Shown here piece by piece: positions 51,403-61,567 of a DNA stretch of 64,000 bases. The notes under the pieces were generated by a model that made no database searches, was not told where the DNA came from, and worked only from the letters and a program-made list of their open reading frames with translations. The stretch is from positions 96,001 to 160,000 of the forward strand of contig CAWCXJ010000008.1 in assembly GCA_963799485.1 (NCBI GenBank), written 5' to 3'. Origin of the DNA: an uncultured Trueperaceae bacterium. GTDB lineage: Bacteria > Deinococcota > Deinococci > Deinococcales > Trueperaceae. Both the position numbers and the translations under genes were made by a program. Numbering within the stretch: position 1 is the stretch's first letter; every line of letters begins with the position of its first letter.

Positions 51403-51487
51403 TGGTGCCGAGAGCGGGACTCGAACCCGCACAGCCGAAGCCGGTAGATTTTGAGTCTACTGCGTCTACCAATTCCGCCATCCCGGC
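51403..51487 (-). tRNA. tRNA-Leu(CAA)
   Basis: GCCGGGA..TCTCGGC-ACCA, anticodon arm GTAGA-CT-CAA-AA-TCTAC, long variable arm, GGTTCGAGTCC. Confidence 0.95.
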
Positions 51488-51564
51488 ACGGGTAAAGCGT
51501 AGCAGGGGCGGTTGCCCAACCTTAAAAGGTGCACTACGCAAAACAGGTTATCTTATCGCGGTTT

Positions 51565-52548
51565 CTAGCTAAAAGCAACCGAATATCGACCGGATGCTTG
51601 AAGCTGTGTGGGCTCGAGCCTCCCCGACAGCAGCGCCTCGAGTTCGGCGAGCGTGCTGACTTTTGCGAGCGCGGGACGCAGCTTCGCCGTGTCCGGCAAC
51701 GCTTCGGCGTAGCGCAAGAGTTGTCCGCGCAATTTGACGATGGCGTGTTCGCTGCCGTACCAGCTGCGGGCGTGGCGGGCGTGCCCCAGCATCACCGCAA
51801 CTTTTTGCTCTTGCGTAGGCTCCGGCTCGCCGCGAAAGGTCGAAAAAAGCCACGGGCGTCCGAGCGCTCCCCGCCCGATCATCACGCCGAGACCCAGCGC
51901 GCGGTAGCGTTCAAATTGTGCCCTGGTCGTTACGTCTCCTGAGCCGACGACGGGAATGTTGAGCTGCGCGGCAACATCTGCGACCGCGTTCCAGTCGGCC
52001 TCGCCACTGTACTTTTGCGCGGCGGTGCGCCCGTGAACCGTAAGGAGGGCTGCGCCCGCCTCTTGCAGGGCCAGGGCGACCTCGAGGGCGTTTACCGTAT
52101 CGAAACCAAGCCGCAGTTTGGCGCTGACGGGTACGGGTACCGCTTGGGCCAGTGCGTCAACGATAGCCGCCGCCCTTTCGGGGTCTTGCATCAAACGTGA
52201 ACCACAGCTTTTACCCGTCACCTTTTTGACCGGACAGCCCATGTTGAGGTCTAGCGCGGCAGGCCGGTAGGTGTCGTACAAAATGCGTCCGCCCGCGGCG
52301 ACGATTTCAGGTTCACCGCCGAAAACCTGAATCACCAGGTCGGGTTCACCGCTGTACGGCGCGCCGATCTCCAACCCGCGCCCGTTACCCTGCACGAGCG
52401 CCTTCGCGCTGACCATTTCAGTCACCGCCCAACCACTCCCGAAGCGGCGACAGAGCCGCCGAAACGGGGCGTCGGTAAAACCTGCCATCGGCGCGAGCAC
52501 GGCCCGGCCTGAAGCAAGTCTAGAAGCATAGAAGGCGACTTCGCTCAT
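51565..52548 (-). CDS. dus: tRNA-dihydrouridine synthase (DusB-like)
   Basis: LAPMAGFTD, DLNMGCP, TVHGRT, GSGDV, MIGRGALGRPW. Confidence 0.92.
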   Translation of the reverse strand: MSEVAFYASRLASGRAVLAPMAGFTDAPFRRLCRRFGSGWAVTEMVSAKALVQGNGRGLEIGAPYSGEPDLVIQVFGGEPEIVAAGGRILYDTYRPAALDLNMGCPVKKVTGKSCGSRLMQDPERAAAIVDALAQAVPVPVSAKLRLGFDTVNALEVALALQEAGAALLTVHGRTAAQKYSGEADWNAVADVAAQLNIPVVGSGDVTTRAQFERYRALGLGVMIGRGALGRPWLFSTFRGEPEPTQEQKVAVMLGHARHARSWYGSEHAIVKLRGQLLRYAEALPDTAKLRPALAKVSTLAELEALLSGRLEPTQLQASGRYSVAFS

Positions 52549-52839
52549 CTCCCTAGGTTACCTGAAAGTCGGGCGGCAACGCTTCACGTAACAGGTAGCC
52601 GCTAGCCGGAAACGCGCCCGGCACAGGGTTTGATACAGGGTTTGGCGACCCTTTGGCGACCTGCACGTCCATGTTGAGCTGAGTTTGTGTCTAATGAAAA
52701 TATGCCCCAAAAATAAAAAGGAGCACACCCGGGTTAAACCTTTTGGAAAGGCCAAACGAAACCATTTTTTAACCGTCTCGTTCTAGGCTCGAGCTGCCCC
52801 GGACATGCTGAAGTGCTGCCGGGTCAAAAGGAGACCATT

Positions 52840-53253
52840 ATGAACCGTCAACCCGTTACCGTCGCCGTTACCGAAACCGAATCGGCTTCAGCCCTGCCGA
52901 AAGTTTTGGGGGCGCTGCTGCTGCTGGGCATCACTGTGATTCACTACCTCGACCTGCCCAGTAAAATGGCTGAGACACCCTATCTTGGTTATATGTACAT
53001 CGCCCTGATGATCGGTTTGGTGTTTGCCGCAGGACTGCTCTTTTACAGGCCGCGTACAGGCTGGGCGTTAGGCGGTGCGCTGGCACTCTTGGCTTTTATC
53101 GGTTACTCCGTCAACCGCACGGTCGGCTTGCCTTACGCGATGGGTGACATCGGCAACTGGGCTGAGCCGATCGGGGTCGCGTCCTTACTCGCCGAGGGTT
53201 TGATGGTTGTCTTGAGCGCGGTAATGCTGGGGCGGCGTGCCGGGGCGGTATAG
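52840..53253 (+). CDS. Hypothetical 4-TM membrane protein
   Basis: RBS AAGGAG; four hydrophobic helices; NRTVGLP..DIGNW.EP.G motif. Confidence 0.7.
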   Translation: MNRQPVTVAVTETESASALPKVLGALLLLGITVIHYLDLPSKMAETPYLGYMYIALMIGLVFAAGLLFYRPRTGWALGGALALLAFIGYSVNRTVGLPYAMGDIGNWAEPIGVASLLAEGLMVVLSAVMLGRRAGAV

Positions 53254-53504
53254 TACCTAAGAAAGTACAGGAAACGCAGGTACAAACTCTGGAGTGCGCC
53301 GCCGGTATACACGGTAGGGCCTGACTGACTCGGCCCCGTTCGGGGTAGCTAAATAAAGGTCTGACCCGAAGCCACCTCGAAAACCCTTGTCGGGCTTAGC
53401 CCCAACAAGGGTTTGGGCAGGTGCAAAGCGCAAGCTTGGGCGCGCTCAGTCCGGAAAGCCATTTTTGAGCTGAGTTCTAAAAGCTTGACGAAAGGTTTAT
53501 CCGC

Positions 53505-54116
53505 TTGTTCGACCTCGCTACGCTGTTACAAACCGTTCCTTACGTCGGTATCTTCGCTATCTTGTTTGCTGAGAGCGGGGGCTGCTTGTCGGTATCATGC
53601 TTCCGGGTGACAGTCTGCTGATTACGGCGGGGCTCCTCTGCGCTCAGGGGAGCCTGTCGCTCTGAGGTGTCGTCGCCGCCGCCGTTCTAGGTGCAGTTTT
53701 AGGTGATACGACGGGCTACTGGATCGGTCGGCGCTTTGGCCCTGCCGTCTTCAGGCGGCCTGACAGCCGCTTTTTCAAACCGCGCTACGTCGAGCGCGCG
53801 CGGCTACTTTGAACGTTACGCGATGACCACGCTGATTATCGCGCGCTTCGTGCCGATTGTCCGGACGCTCGCCGGGGTCGGTAGAATGCACTATCCGAAA
53901 TTTGTCCTCTACAACGTGGTCGGCGGCGTATTGTGGGGTGCCGGGATTGCCGTAGCCGGGTTTTATCGCGGGCGGCTGCTCCCTCATCTCGACCGCTGTA
54001 TCCTGCTTATCATCGGCGTGGTGTTGGTGGCGTCACTTATTCCGGTAGGGCTCTTCTGTTGTCAACGTGCCGACGCGCGCAGAGAAGTTGCAAAGACGCG
54101 CCGCGAAGCCGAATAA
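53505..54116 (+). pseudogene. dedA: DedA-family membrane protein pseudogene
   Basis: LFAESG / LPGDSLL / [10 protein letters not shown] / ARFVPIVRT / YNVVGGVLW across frames; frameshift at G5 (53577-53581), in-frame TGA near 53663, second frameshift near 53800. Confidence 0.85.
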
Positions 54117-54145
54117 ACCCTCGAGCTCGCGCAGTTTGTATCCCG

Positions 54146-57059
54146 CTATTCCGGTTCAGCGTAGAGGGCTGCTGCCATCAGTTCGATGAGGTGTTTGGCG
54201 CGTTTGCCGGTGCCGTCTTTAATCTGGTGCCGACACGAAAAGCCGCACGCGACCGTTTCGCCCTCGTGCGCCCTGACAGCCGGAAAAAGCCGCTGTTCGC
54301 CGATTTGCAGCGACAGCTCATGATGAGCATAACCGAAACTGCCGGCCATCCCGCAACACCCTGAATCGACCTCAAACACGTCTTCAGACACCCAACCCAA
54401 CACCGCCTTGGTGCTGCTCGTCCCCTGAATAGCGCGCTGCTGACAGTGCCCGTGAAGCATCACAGGTGTGCCGTTTTTGTAAAAAGCTTGTGCGGGCTCG
54501 AGCCTTCCCTGCGTCCACTCTTTCGCTAAAAACTGGTCGATCATCTTGACGTTTTGCGCCACGGCTTCGGTTTTTTCTCCCGGTACGAGGTCGCGGTAAT
54601 CGTCTTGAAACGACGCGACGCAACTGGGCTCGAGGCCCACCACCGGCACGCCGCGTTCGACATAGCGGTGCAGCGCCTCGACGTTTTTGACCGCCAGCTT
54701 CTTCGCGTCGCGCAGGAGTCCCTTGGAGAGTTGCGGGCGACCGCAGCAGCCGTAACTGACGTGTTCGACTTCGTAGCCCAAAGCTTCCAGCACACGCGTG
54801 GCGGCGGCCCCGACTTCGGGTTCGTTGTACATCGTCCAGGTATCGGCAAACAGGGCGACTTTAGGTTTCCCGGCGTCTTGCGCCCGCGTTTTTTCGTGTG
54901 CCCTGCGCCAGCCGTTAAACGACTGCGCGGCGTACCTGGGCATCACCCGGCGGCGATCGACGCCTGCGGTTTTTTCGACGAGCCAGCGCACCGGTTTAAG
55001 CGGTAAGAGCGCGTTGGCAACCGGCGCAAGGGCGCGGCCCAAAGGGGCAACGGTCGCCGCGTTCCCTAGTGCCCTGGCTGAGAGCGGCGTGCCGTGGTCG
55101 TCGTAGTAGTGCTGCAAAAACTCGTACTTGAGCTTCGCCATATCGACCTGGCTCGGACACTCGGCTTTACACGCTTTACACTCGAGACACAAATCCAAAG
55201 CGTCATAAACCGCCTTGCTGGTCAGGCCACCCTCGAGTCTCCCGTTCATCGCGTCACGCAGCAGGTTCGCCCGCCCGCGCGTCGAATGGTCTTCATCGCG
55301 GGTCGCCATAAACGACGGGCACATCGTCCCGGTGCCGGTTTTACGGCACGCCCCGACGCCGCTGCACATCTCGACCGCGCCCATAAAGCCGTCGTCTTTG
55401 GAAAAATCGAAGTGGGTTTTGAGGGGTTGTACGGTGTAGTCTTCGCCGTAACGCAAAGCTTCGGTTATCGGCGGCGCTTCAACGATTTTGCCGGGGTTCA
55501 TCAGATTGTCGGGGTCGAAGGCGCGTTTAACCTCTCGGAACGCGCCGTAAAGCGTATCGCCAAAGAGCTCGCGGTTTTTGTACGAGCGAATCAGCCCGTC
55601 GCCGTGTTCGCCCGACCACGAACCGCCGTATTTCTGTACCAGGGCGAACGTCTCTTCGCTGATTTTACGGTACGCTTCTAGGCCCTCTTTGGTCTTGAGG
55701 TCTAAGATGGGCCGCACGTGAATCACCCCGACCGACGCGTGCCCGTAAGAGACCATCTTGACGCCGTGCTTGGCGCACACCGCCGCGACTTCAGGGATGT
55801 AGTCGGCCAAATGTTCGGGCGGAATCGCGGCGTCTTCGATAAAGGCGGTGGGTTTGGCTGCCCCCTTGATGGTATTGAATACCCCCAGACCGGCCTTACG
55901 GACGTTCCACACGTCGGCTTGCTCGGCGGCGCTGTCCGCGACGTGCAGATAGTACGTCCGGTTCATCACCTCGGGGTCGGCTTTCATACTCTCGAGCCCG
56001 GCCCGCATCTCGGTTTCGGTCTCGCCGTCGAACTCTACGATTAACACGGCTTCCGGTGAGCCCTGAAGCCAACCCAACAGCGGCGCGAGGTTGGGGTTCT
56101 CGAGCCCCAGCTTCAGCAGATTATCGTCGAGTGTTTCAACGGCTGACGGCCCGTGCCGGTTGATGTACTGAACAGCCTGAAGTGAGCTTTTGAGCGTATC
56201 AAAGTGCAACAGTGCCAAAAGTCTATGCGCCGGAACGGGGGAGAGCTTGACGGTGACGTCCAGAATAAATGCCAGCGTACCTTCGGAACCTGACACCAGT
56301 TTGGCGAGGTTGAAAGGGTGGCCTTCGGTCAGTTCGTCTAGATTATACCCGCCGACGCGCCGCATGACTTTGGGAAAGCGCGCTTTAATCTCCGCTTCGT
56401 GCGCTGTAACCACGCCGTAAACGGTGCGGTATAGCTCGCCCTCGAGTCCCGTCAGCTTCAGCTTCTCTGCAAGCTCAGCCGCAGAAAGTTCCCGAAACTC
56501 GGTGACGGTGCCGTCGATGAGCATCACTGTCATCGACACCACTTGGTCAACGGTTTTACCGTATTTGATGCTCCGCGTTCCGGCGGAATTGTTCGCTACC
56601 ATCCCGCCGAGGTTGGCGCGGTTCGTCGTCGATACGTCCGGGGTAAACTGCAACTTGTAGGGCTTCAAAAACGTATTGAGCTGGTCGCGGACGACGCCGG
56701 GTTGCACCTTTACGGTGCGGGCGGTTTCGCCAAAGTCCAAAATCTCGTCCAAGTATTTCGATACGTCGATGACAATCGCCGCGCCGACCGTCTGACCCGC
56801 CAAACTCGTGCCGCCGCCACGGGGCAGCACCGCAAGCCCGTGCCGCCGCGCCACCACAAGCGTGTGCGCGACGTCGTCCGTACTTTTGGGCAGCACCACG
56901 CCGTAAGGTTTGATTTCGTAGGGGCTGGCGTCGGTGGCGTAAAGCGTGCGGGCGGTGTTGTCGAACCGCACTTCGCCCTGAAGGGCAGCCCGAAGCTCTT
57001 TTGCGACTTGGGCGAGCAGTGTTCATCGGGTGATAGGCGGGAGCCTCGGCGGACATCAT
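54146..57059 (-). CDS. FAD-linked oxidase / Fe-S fusion (GlcD-GlcF, D-lactate dehydrogenase-like) with apparent N-terminal frameshift
   Basis: YATDAS, RGGGTSLAGQ, GSEGTL, SGEHGDG, CSGVGAC, CLECKAC..CP, CCG motifs; long frame open from about 57021, probable leaderless ATG 57059 is out of frame. Confidence 0.88.
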
Positions 57060-57103
57060 AAAACCAGTATCGCACGGGAGTCTCGGGGCGGGGCGGCCCT
57101 AAC

Positions 57104-57481
57104 TTACCTAAGGCGCAACCTAGCCACCAGCAGATAAAAAGTCAAGCCGAGCAAAATCAGCCAGACGAACACGACAAAAGCTGCGCCCCACCGTGAAGGT
57201 GAGGGAGCTTCAGAGGCGCGGGCTCTCACCTCCGCCATCACGTGTTCCGGCACGAGTTTGAGCGTTAGATAAATCCCCAGCGGCAACAGAATCAGGTCGT
57301 CTAAAAGCCCTAGCACCGGGATAAAATCGGGAATCAGGTCGATGGGCGAAAGCGCGTAGGCGACGACGCAGAGCGCGGCGACGCGGGCGTACCACGGCGT
57401 GTCGGGGTGCCGCTGCGCGTAGGCGAGCGCCGTCACCTCCTGTTTAAGGCGTTTTGCCTGCTGTTTTAGTGAGCTCACCAT
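57104..57481 (-). CDS. YkvA/DUF1232 family membrane protein
   Basis: YALSPIDLIPDFIPVLGLLDD. Confidence 0.88.
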   Translation of the reverse strand: MVSSLKQQAKRLKQEVTALAYAQRHPDTPWYARVAALCVVAYALSPIDLIPDFIPVLGLLDDLILLPLGIYLTLKLVPEHVMAEVRARASEAPSPSRWGAAFVVFVWLILLGLTFYLLVARLRLR

Positions 57482-57487
57482 CCAGGC

Positions 57488-59668
57488 TCAGCTCAGTTCC
57501 TCGAGCGGTCGTTCCGAAAGACCGAAAAGCGTCCAGACGGTCTCGGCAAAGGCGGCGTCACTGAGCGCCCGGTACGCCTTGAGAAAGGTGCTGAAGGTGT
57601 AGCGCTCGGTCAACCCGCGCACCAACGTCCTCGAGCTGTACGGATCGCGTTTTTGTCCCCGTAAAACCCGTCCTTGGGTATCTAAGAGTTCAAGTTCTTC
57701 CAACACTTTACGGCACAGGGCGGCTTTGGCGTCGCTGCACCCGAGCGGCGACCCGCGTTGTAAACGGACGAAGGCGGCTCTCGCCTCGGTCAAGGTGGGC
57801 GGCAGCTCGAGCCCGTCCAGCCGCCTCAATTCCCCGTCCGAAAGCTTGAAAAGCACTCCCCTGTGCTCTCTGACAAGTGCGCCCAGCGGTTCGGTGAGGG
57901 TGAGCAGGTCGGCGCTGAGGGGCAGCTCAAGAACTTCTCTCCCGGAAAAATCTGCGGGTGCTCTACTTCTATAAATCGGGTGTAAAGTTTCTGCGGGCGT
58001 GTCCAGCTCGAGCGGTCTTGCGGCCCGCACGCCGTCGGCCAGAAACTCCAGAGTCGTTTTGTTCTGCCAGGTGTTCTCTTTCAGGCTCACTGCTGCGTTG
58101 ATGTGTCCGGCACTCCGAAGTGCGTCGGCAGCCTCCCCCTGGTTCCACGCCACGCCCCTGACCCCGCCGAGCTGCAAGCTGAGGTGCTTGCCGCCGCTAC
58201 CCATACCCCGGACGGTCTCGAGCGCCCCCGAAAGCGCAAACAGCGGAGCCGGGTGCCCGGTACCGTAGGGCTCGAGCTGTCCGACCGCTTTATAAAGGTC
58301 GGCTTCGATTTCGTCGGCGGCGAGCAGCGCGTCGGCGAGCAGTTGGGGTTGCGGCGTCGGGTGTTCCGCCGCGTATTCGCAGATACGTTCCCGAAATGCA
58401 CGGAGTTGTCCGTCACGGAGCGTAAAGCCGGCGGCTTGTGAATGCCCGCCGAACCGCTCCAACAGGTCGCGGGCGCGCTCGAGGCCGCCGACCGCCGAAA
58501 TTCCCGGCGTCGAACGCACCGAACCTTTGCCACCAGCGACGATGTAGACGGGTTTGTAAAAGCGTTCTAAAAGCTTGCTGGCGACGATGCCCATGACGCC
58601 GGGATGCCAGCCCGTGGCTTCCAAGACGAGTGCGGGCGCGGTCGGGTCAACGAGCTCGAGGGCTTCGGCGAGCATCTTGTCTTGCTCCTTGCGCCGGTCG
58701 GCGTTGCGAACGTCCAGGTAGCTTGCGAGTTCCAGCGCGCGCCGCTCCGAGGCGGTAGTAAGCAGCTCGAGGCCCAATTCGGCTTCACCCAACCGCCCGG
58801 CGGCGTTGAGGCGCGGCGCAAGAACAAAAGCGACGTCTCTTGCGGTCACCTCTTTGCCGTGCGTAAGCGTGCGTTTGATCATCGTCCGGAGTCCGGGCCA
58901 GCGCGACTGTGCGAGCTGTTTTAAGCCCGCATTGACCAAAGCGCGGTTTTCACCCAGCAGAGGTGCAACGTCGGCAACCGTGCCGAGCGCCGCCAGGTCG
59001 CTGTAGTCGGTCGGCGGCCCCAGCCCCAGCCGTTCGTGCAGCGCCCATAAGAGGTGATACGCGACGCCCGCGCCGGTCAGTTCCGGCAGCCCTTTTTGGG
59101 CGTAGGGCGACAACGAGGGGTGTACCGTCAAACAGTCCGGCAGCACTTGACCGGGGTGGTGGTGGTCGGTGACGATAACTTCAACGCCGCGCGCCTGCAG
59201 CGCGTGAATCTCGGCGCGGTTGCTGATGCCGCAGTCCACCGTGACGAACAGGTCGGCGTTGGTCGCGTGTTCGGTAACTTTGTCCGGATGAACGCCGTAA
59301 CCCTCACCCAGACGGTTGGGGATAAACGGCGTGACGTTGCCGCCGAGTGCCCGCAAGCCGAGCGTCAGCACCGCCGTGCCACTGATTCCGTCGGCGTCGT
59401 AATCGCCGTGGATGAGGATGCGTTTTTTGTTTGTCAAAGCTTCATGCAAACGTTCGGCAGCCTGCCAGAGTTCGGGGATGCGGGTCAGCTCGAGGGGTGG
59501 TTCAAGCGCCTCTACGTCTATGCCCCTAGCCCACAATATGCTTGCTAGCAGCGGCGGCAAAGACAGCTCGCACACGAGCGTTTCGACCGCGTAGGGCGGC
59601 GCAGCGAGGCGCACGGCCCAACGCGTTTCCGGTAAGGCGGGTTTTGCGGGGATGTCGGTGAGGCTCAT
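57488..59668 (-). CDS. recJ: Single-stranded-DNA exonuclease RecJ
   Basis: GDYDADG, TVDCG, TDHH, GTVADV, PRLNAAGR, GSVRS, GGHSQAAG. Confidence 0.95.
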   Translation of the reverse strand: MSLTDIPAKPALPETRWAVRLAAPPYAVETLVCELSLPPLLASILWARGIDVEALEPPLELTRIPELWQAAERLHEALTNKKRILIHGDYDADGISGTAVLTLGLRALGGNVTPFIPNRLGEGYGVHPDKVTEHATNADLFVTVDCGISNRAEIHALQARGVEVIVTDHHHPGQVLPDCLTVHPSLSPYAQKGLPELTGAGVAYHLLWALHERLGLGPPTDYSDLAALGTVADVAPLLGENRALVNAGLKQLAQSRWPGLRTMIKRTLTHGKEVTARDVAFVLAPRLNAAGRLGEAELGLELLTTASERRALELASYLDVRNADRRKEQDKMLAEALELVDPTAPALVLEATGWHPGVMGIVASKLLERFYKPVYIVAGGKGSVRSTPGISAVGGLERARDLLERFGGHSQAAGFTLRDGQLRAFRERICEYAAEHPTPQPQLLADALLAADEIEADLYKAVGQLEPYGTGHPAPLFALSGALETVRGMGSGGKHLSLQLGGVRGVAWNQGEAADALRSAGHINAAVSLKENTWQNKTTLEFLADGVRAARPLELDTPAETLHPIYRSRAPADFSGREVLELPLSADLLTLTEPLGALVREHRGVLFKLSDGELRRLDGLELPPTLTEARAAFVRLQRGSPLGCSDAKAALCRKVLEELELLDTQGRVLRGQKRDPYSSRTLVRGLTERYTFSTFLKAYRALSDAAFAETVWTLFGLSERPLEELS

Positions 59669-59967
59669 CGGGTAGGGGGCAAGGGCTCTCTGCGCGAAGG
59701 TTCGGGCGTGGGTTCAGCCTCGAGCCCCGCTTTAATCAGCCGCTGGTGGAGCGCCTTGTTTTGCCGGTTGAGCCGTAACACGCGCCCGATAAGGAGCGCC
59801 CAGCCGACGAGAAACCCCAGTAGCAGCGCTGCGGTTACCACCCATACAGTCGGCAACCAGAGAAGAAAGGGCAAACGAATCGTTTGCGGGTTGGCGTAGC
59901 CGAGCAGCACCAGATAAACGCTAAGCAGCAGCAGCAAAACAAGCTGTATTATGCGGACGACCTTCAT
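59665..59967 (-). CDS. LapA/DUF1049-like small membrane protein
   Basis: Two TMs with intervening AN.Q.I.L.F, then a coiled tail; TAGACT-N6-ATG. Confidence 0.6.
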   Translation of the reverse strand: MKVVRIIQLVLLLLLSVYLVLLGYANPQTIRLPFLLWLPTVWVVTAALLLGFLVGWALLIGRVLRLNRQNKALHQRLIKAGLEAEPTPEPSRREPLPPTR

Positions 59968-60045
59968 CTTGTTAGTCTACTTCACCCCACTGACGAAATT
60001 CTGAAGTGGCACGTTTAGCTCGCGCCGTTCCCGGTGAGGTGAGCG

Positions 60046-60675
60046 TTAAAGGTCTAGCGGTTCGGGTTGCGCCCCACCTCCGGCGACGAACTCCCGAATC
60101 TGTTTGAGGCGTGCTACAACCTCGCGGCGGGCCGGTTCGATCAGGTCGGCTGCGATCAGGAGCGCGTTGTTGTCTCTGCCGTAAGCGTCGAAACCCGCAG
60201 CGGCCAGCGGCGTGCCGCGCTCGAAAAGTGCTATCGCCCCTGCGAGCGGCAACTCGTAGAGCACCTCGACTTCGCTGCGGTTGAGGCGATAACTCGCCAG
60301 CGGCGCGTCGCGCACGAGCAGGTACGTCTCCTGCAGCTCGTTGTCGATAACGTTCGGGTAGTGACGGCGCGCACGTGTGGTCCCTAGATAGATGAGTTCG
60401 TGAGGTGCCGCGCCAAAGCCCAGCTCTTCGCGGGTCTCGCGGAGAACGTCCGGGAGCGTCTCCCCGGCGCTGAAATGCCCACCGACGGCAACGTCGAGTT
60501 TACCGGGCTCGAGTTTGCCGAGCGCGCGCCGCTGCAGCAAGACGTTGCGCCCGTCTTTTAGCAGCCATACATGCAGGGTACGGTGCAGGTCGCCGGCTCG
60601 GTGAACGGCGTCACGCGTCTTCGTCTCGCCGGTCGGGAAGCCGGCGGCATTTAGTACATCTAAACGCTCACTCAC
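60046..60675 (-). CDS. NUDIX hydrolase (IPP isomerase type 1-like fold)
   Basis: ERLDVL, HRTLHVW, LLQRR, GGHFSAGE..RETREELG; TATAGT-N6-GTG. Confidence 0.82.
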   Translation of the reverse strand: MSERLDVLNAAGFPTGETKTRDAVHRAGDLHRTLHVWLLKDGRNVLLQRRALGKLEPGKLDVAVGGHFSAGETLPDVLRETREELGFGAAPHELIYLGTTRARRHYPNVIDNELQETYLLVRDAPLASYRLNRSEVEVLYELPLAGAIALFERGTPLAAAGFDAYGRDNNALLIAADLIEPARREVVARLKQIREFVAGGGAQPEPLDL

Positions 60676-60691
60676 GAGGGTACTATACCGT

Positions 60692-61567
60692 GTGACGCTC
60701 CGTTCAATGACCCGCAGGCGAAGCTGGCGTTTCGGCGTGTATCGGCTTGGACTTTTACTCGTCGGATTGCTTTTGGGAGGTTGCCGTATCGCCGAACCCG
60801 CGTCCGAGCGGAGCTTTGGGTTGGTCATCCCGGTTTACAACGAAGCAGGGCTCGAGGCGGCTTTAACAACCCTAAAACCACATCTGCGCCCCGCCGACCG
60901 TTTTATGCTCGTCTCGGGCAACACCACGGGCCAGGTCGACGTTTCCTGGCTTAACCGGGCGGCGCTCGAGCTGCGCGCCGTCTATCCGGCAACGCCTATC
61001 TACGCGGCGACGAGCGGCCTCGACAACGTAGCGGTAGCGGCGCGCGAAGCTGCCACGCTCATCGAAGCCATCGTCTACATCTACGAACCAAACTTTCCCA
61101 ACCAGCCGGAGTTTAGCTGGGATTTTGAAACGACTTTGACGCACTTTGGCGAGGCCGGGGCGCTCATTCAAAAAAACGGCTTCCGGGCGATTGGCAAACC
61201 GACGGGCAGACCGCTGCTACAGGTTGATTTGCAGTCTTACGCCTGGGATTACGGCAGGCTCGCCGAGACCGTCGACGAGCTGTTTATCCAAACGCAAACC
61301 TATTGTAAGGAGAGCCCACGAGTCTTTGCGTCGGCCCTCGACGCACTTAACGAACAGTACAGGGGCCGCGCCGGGCAGCGTCCGTGGATTCCGCAAGTTA
61401 CCGTCGACCCGGCTGCGCCCAACGGCACGACGGTGGTGCAGGCCCGGGCGTGCCTGGAGGAGGCGAAACAGCGCGGGCGTTCGGGGGCGGTACTCTGGTG
61501 GTCGCCCTCTTTCGTCGAACGGGCGGTCGCGTTTATCGCGGCGCTGAACGCCGACGCCGAGCTTTAG
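60692..61567 (+). CDS. Hypothetical lipoprotein, possible TIM-barrel glycoside hydrolase-like fold
   Basis: Basic N-terminus and LLLGGC lipobox; alternating beta/alpha pattern (VYIYEP, DELFIQTQ, GAVLWW); start 60692 or 60707. Confidence 0.6.
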   Translation: MTLRSMTRRRSWRFGVYRLGLLLVGLLLGGCRIAEPASERSFGLVIPVYNEAGLEAALTTLKPHLRPADRFMLVSGNTTGQVDVSWLNRAALELRAVYPATPIYAATSGLDNVAVAAREAATLIEAIVYIYEPNFPNQPEFSWDFETTLTHFGEAGALIQKNGFRAIGKPTGRPLLQVDLQSYAWDYGRLAETVDELFIQTQTYCKESPRVFASALDALNEQYRGRAGQRPWIPQVTVDPAAPNGTTVVQARACLEEAKQRGRSGAVLWWSPSFVERAVAFIAALNADAEL

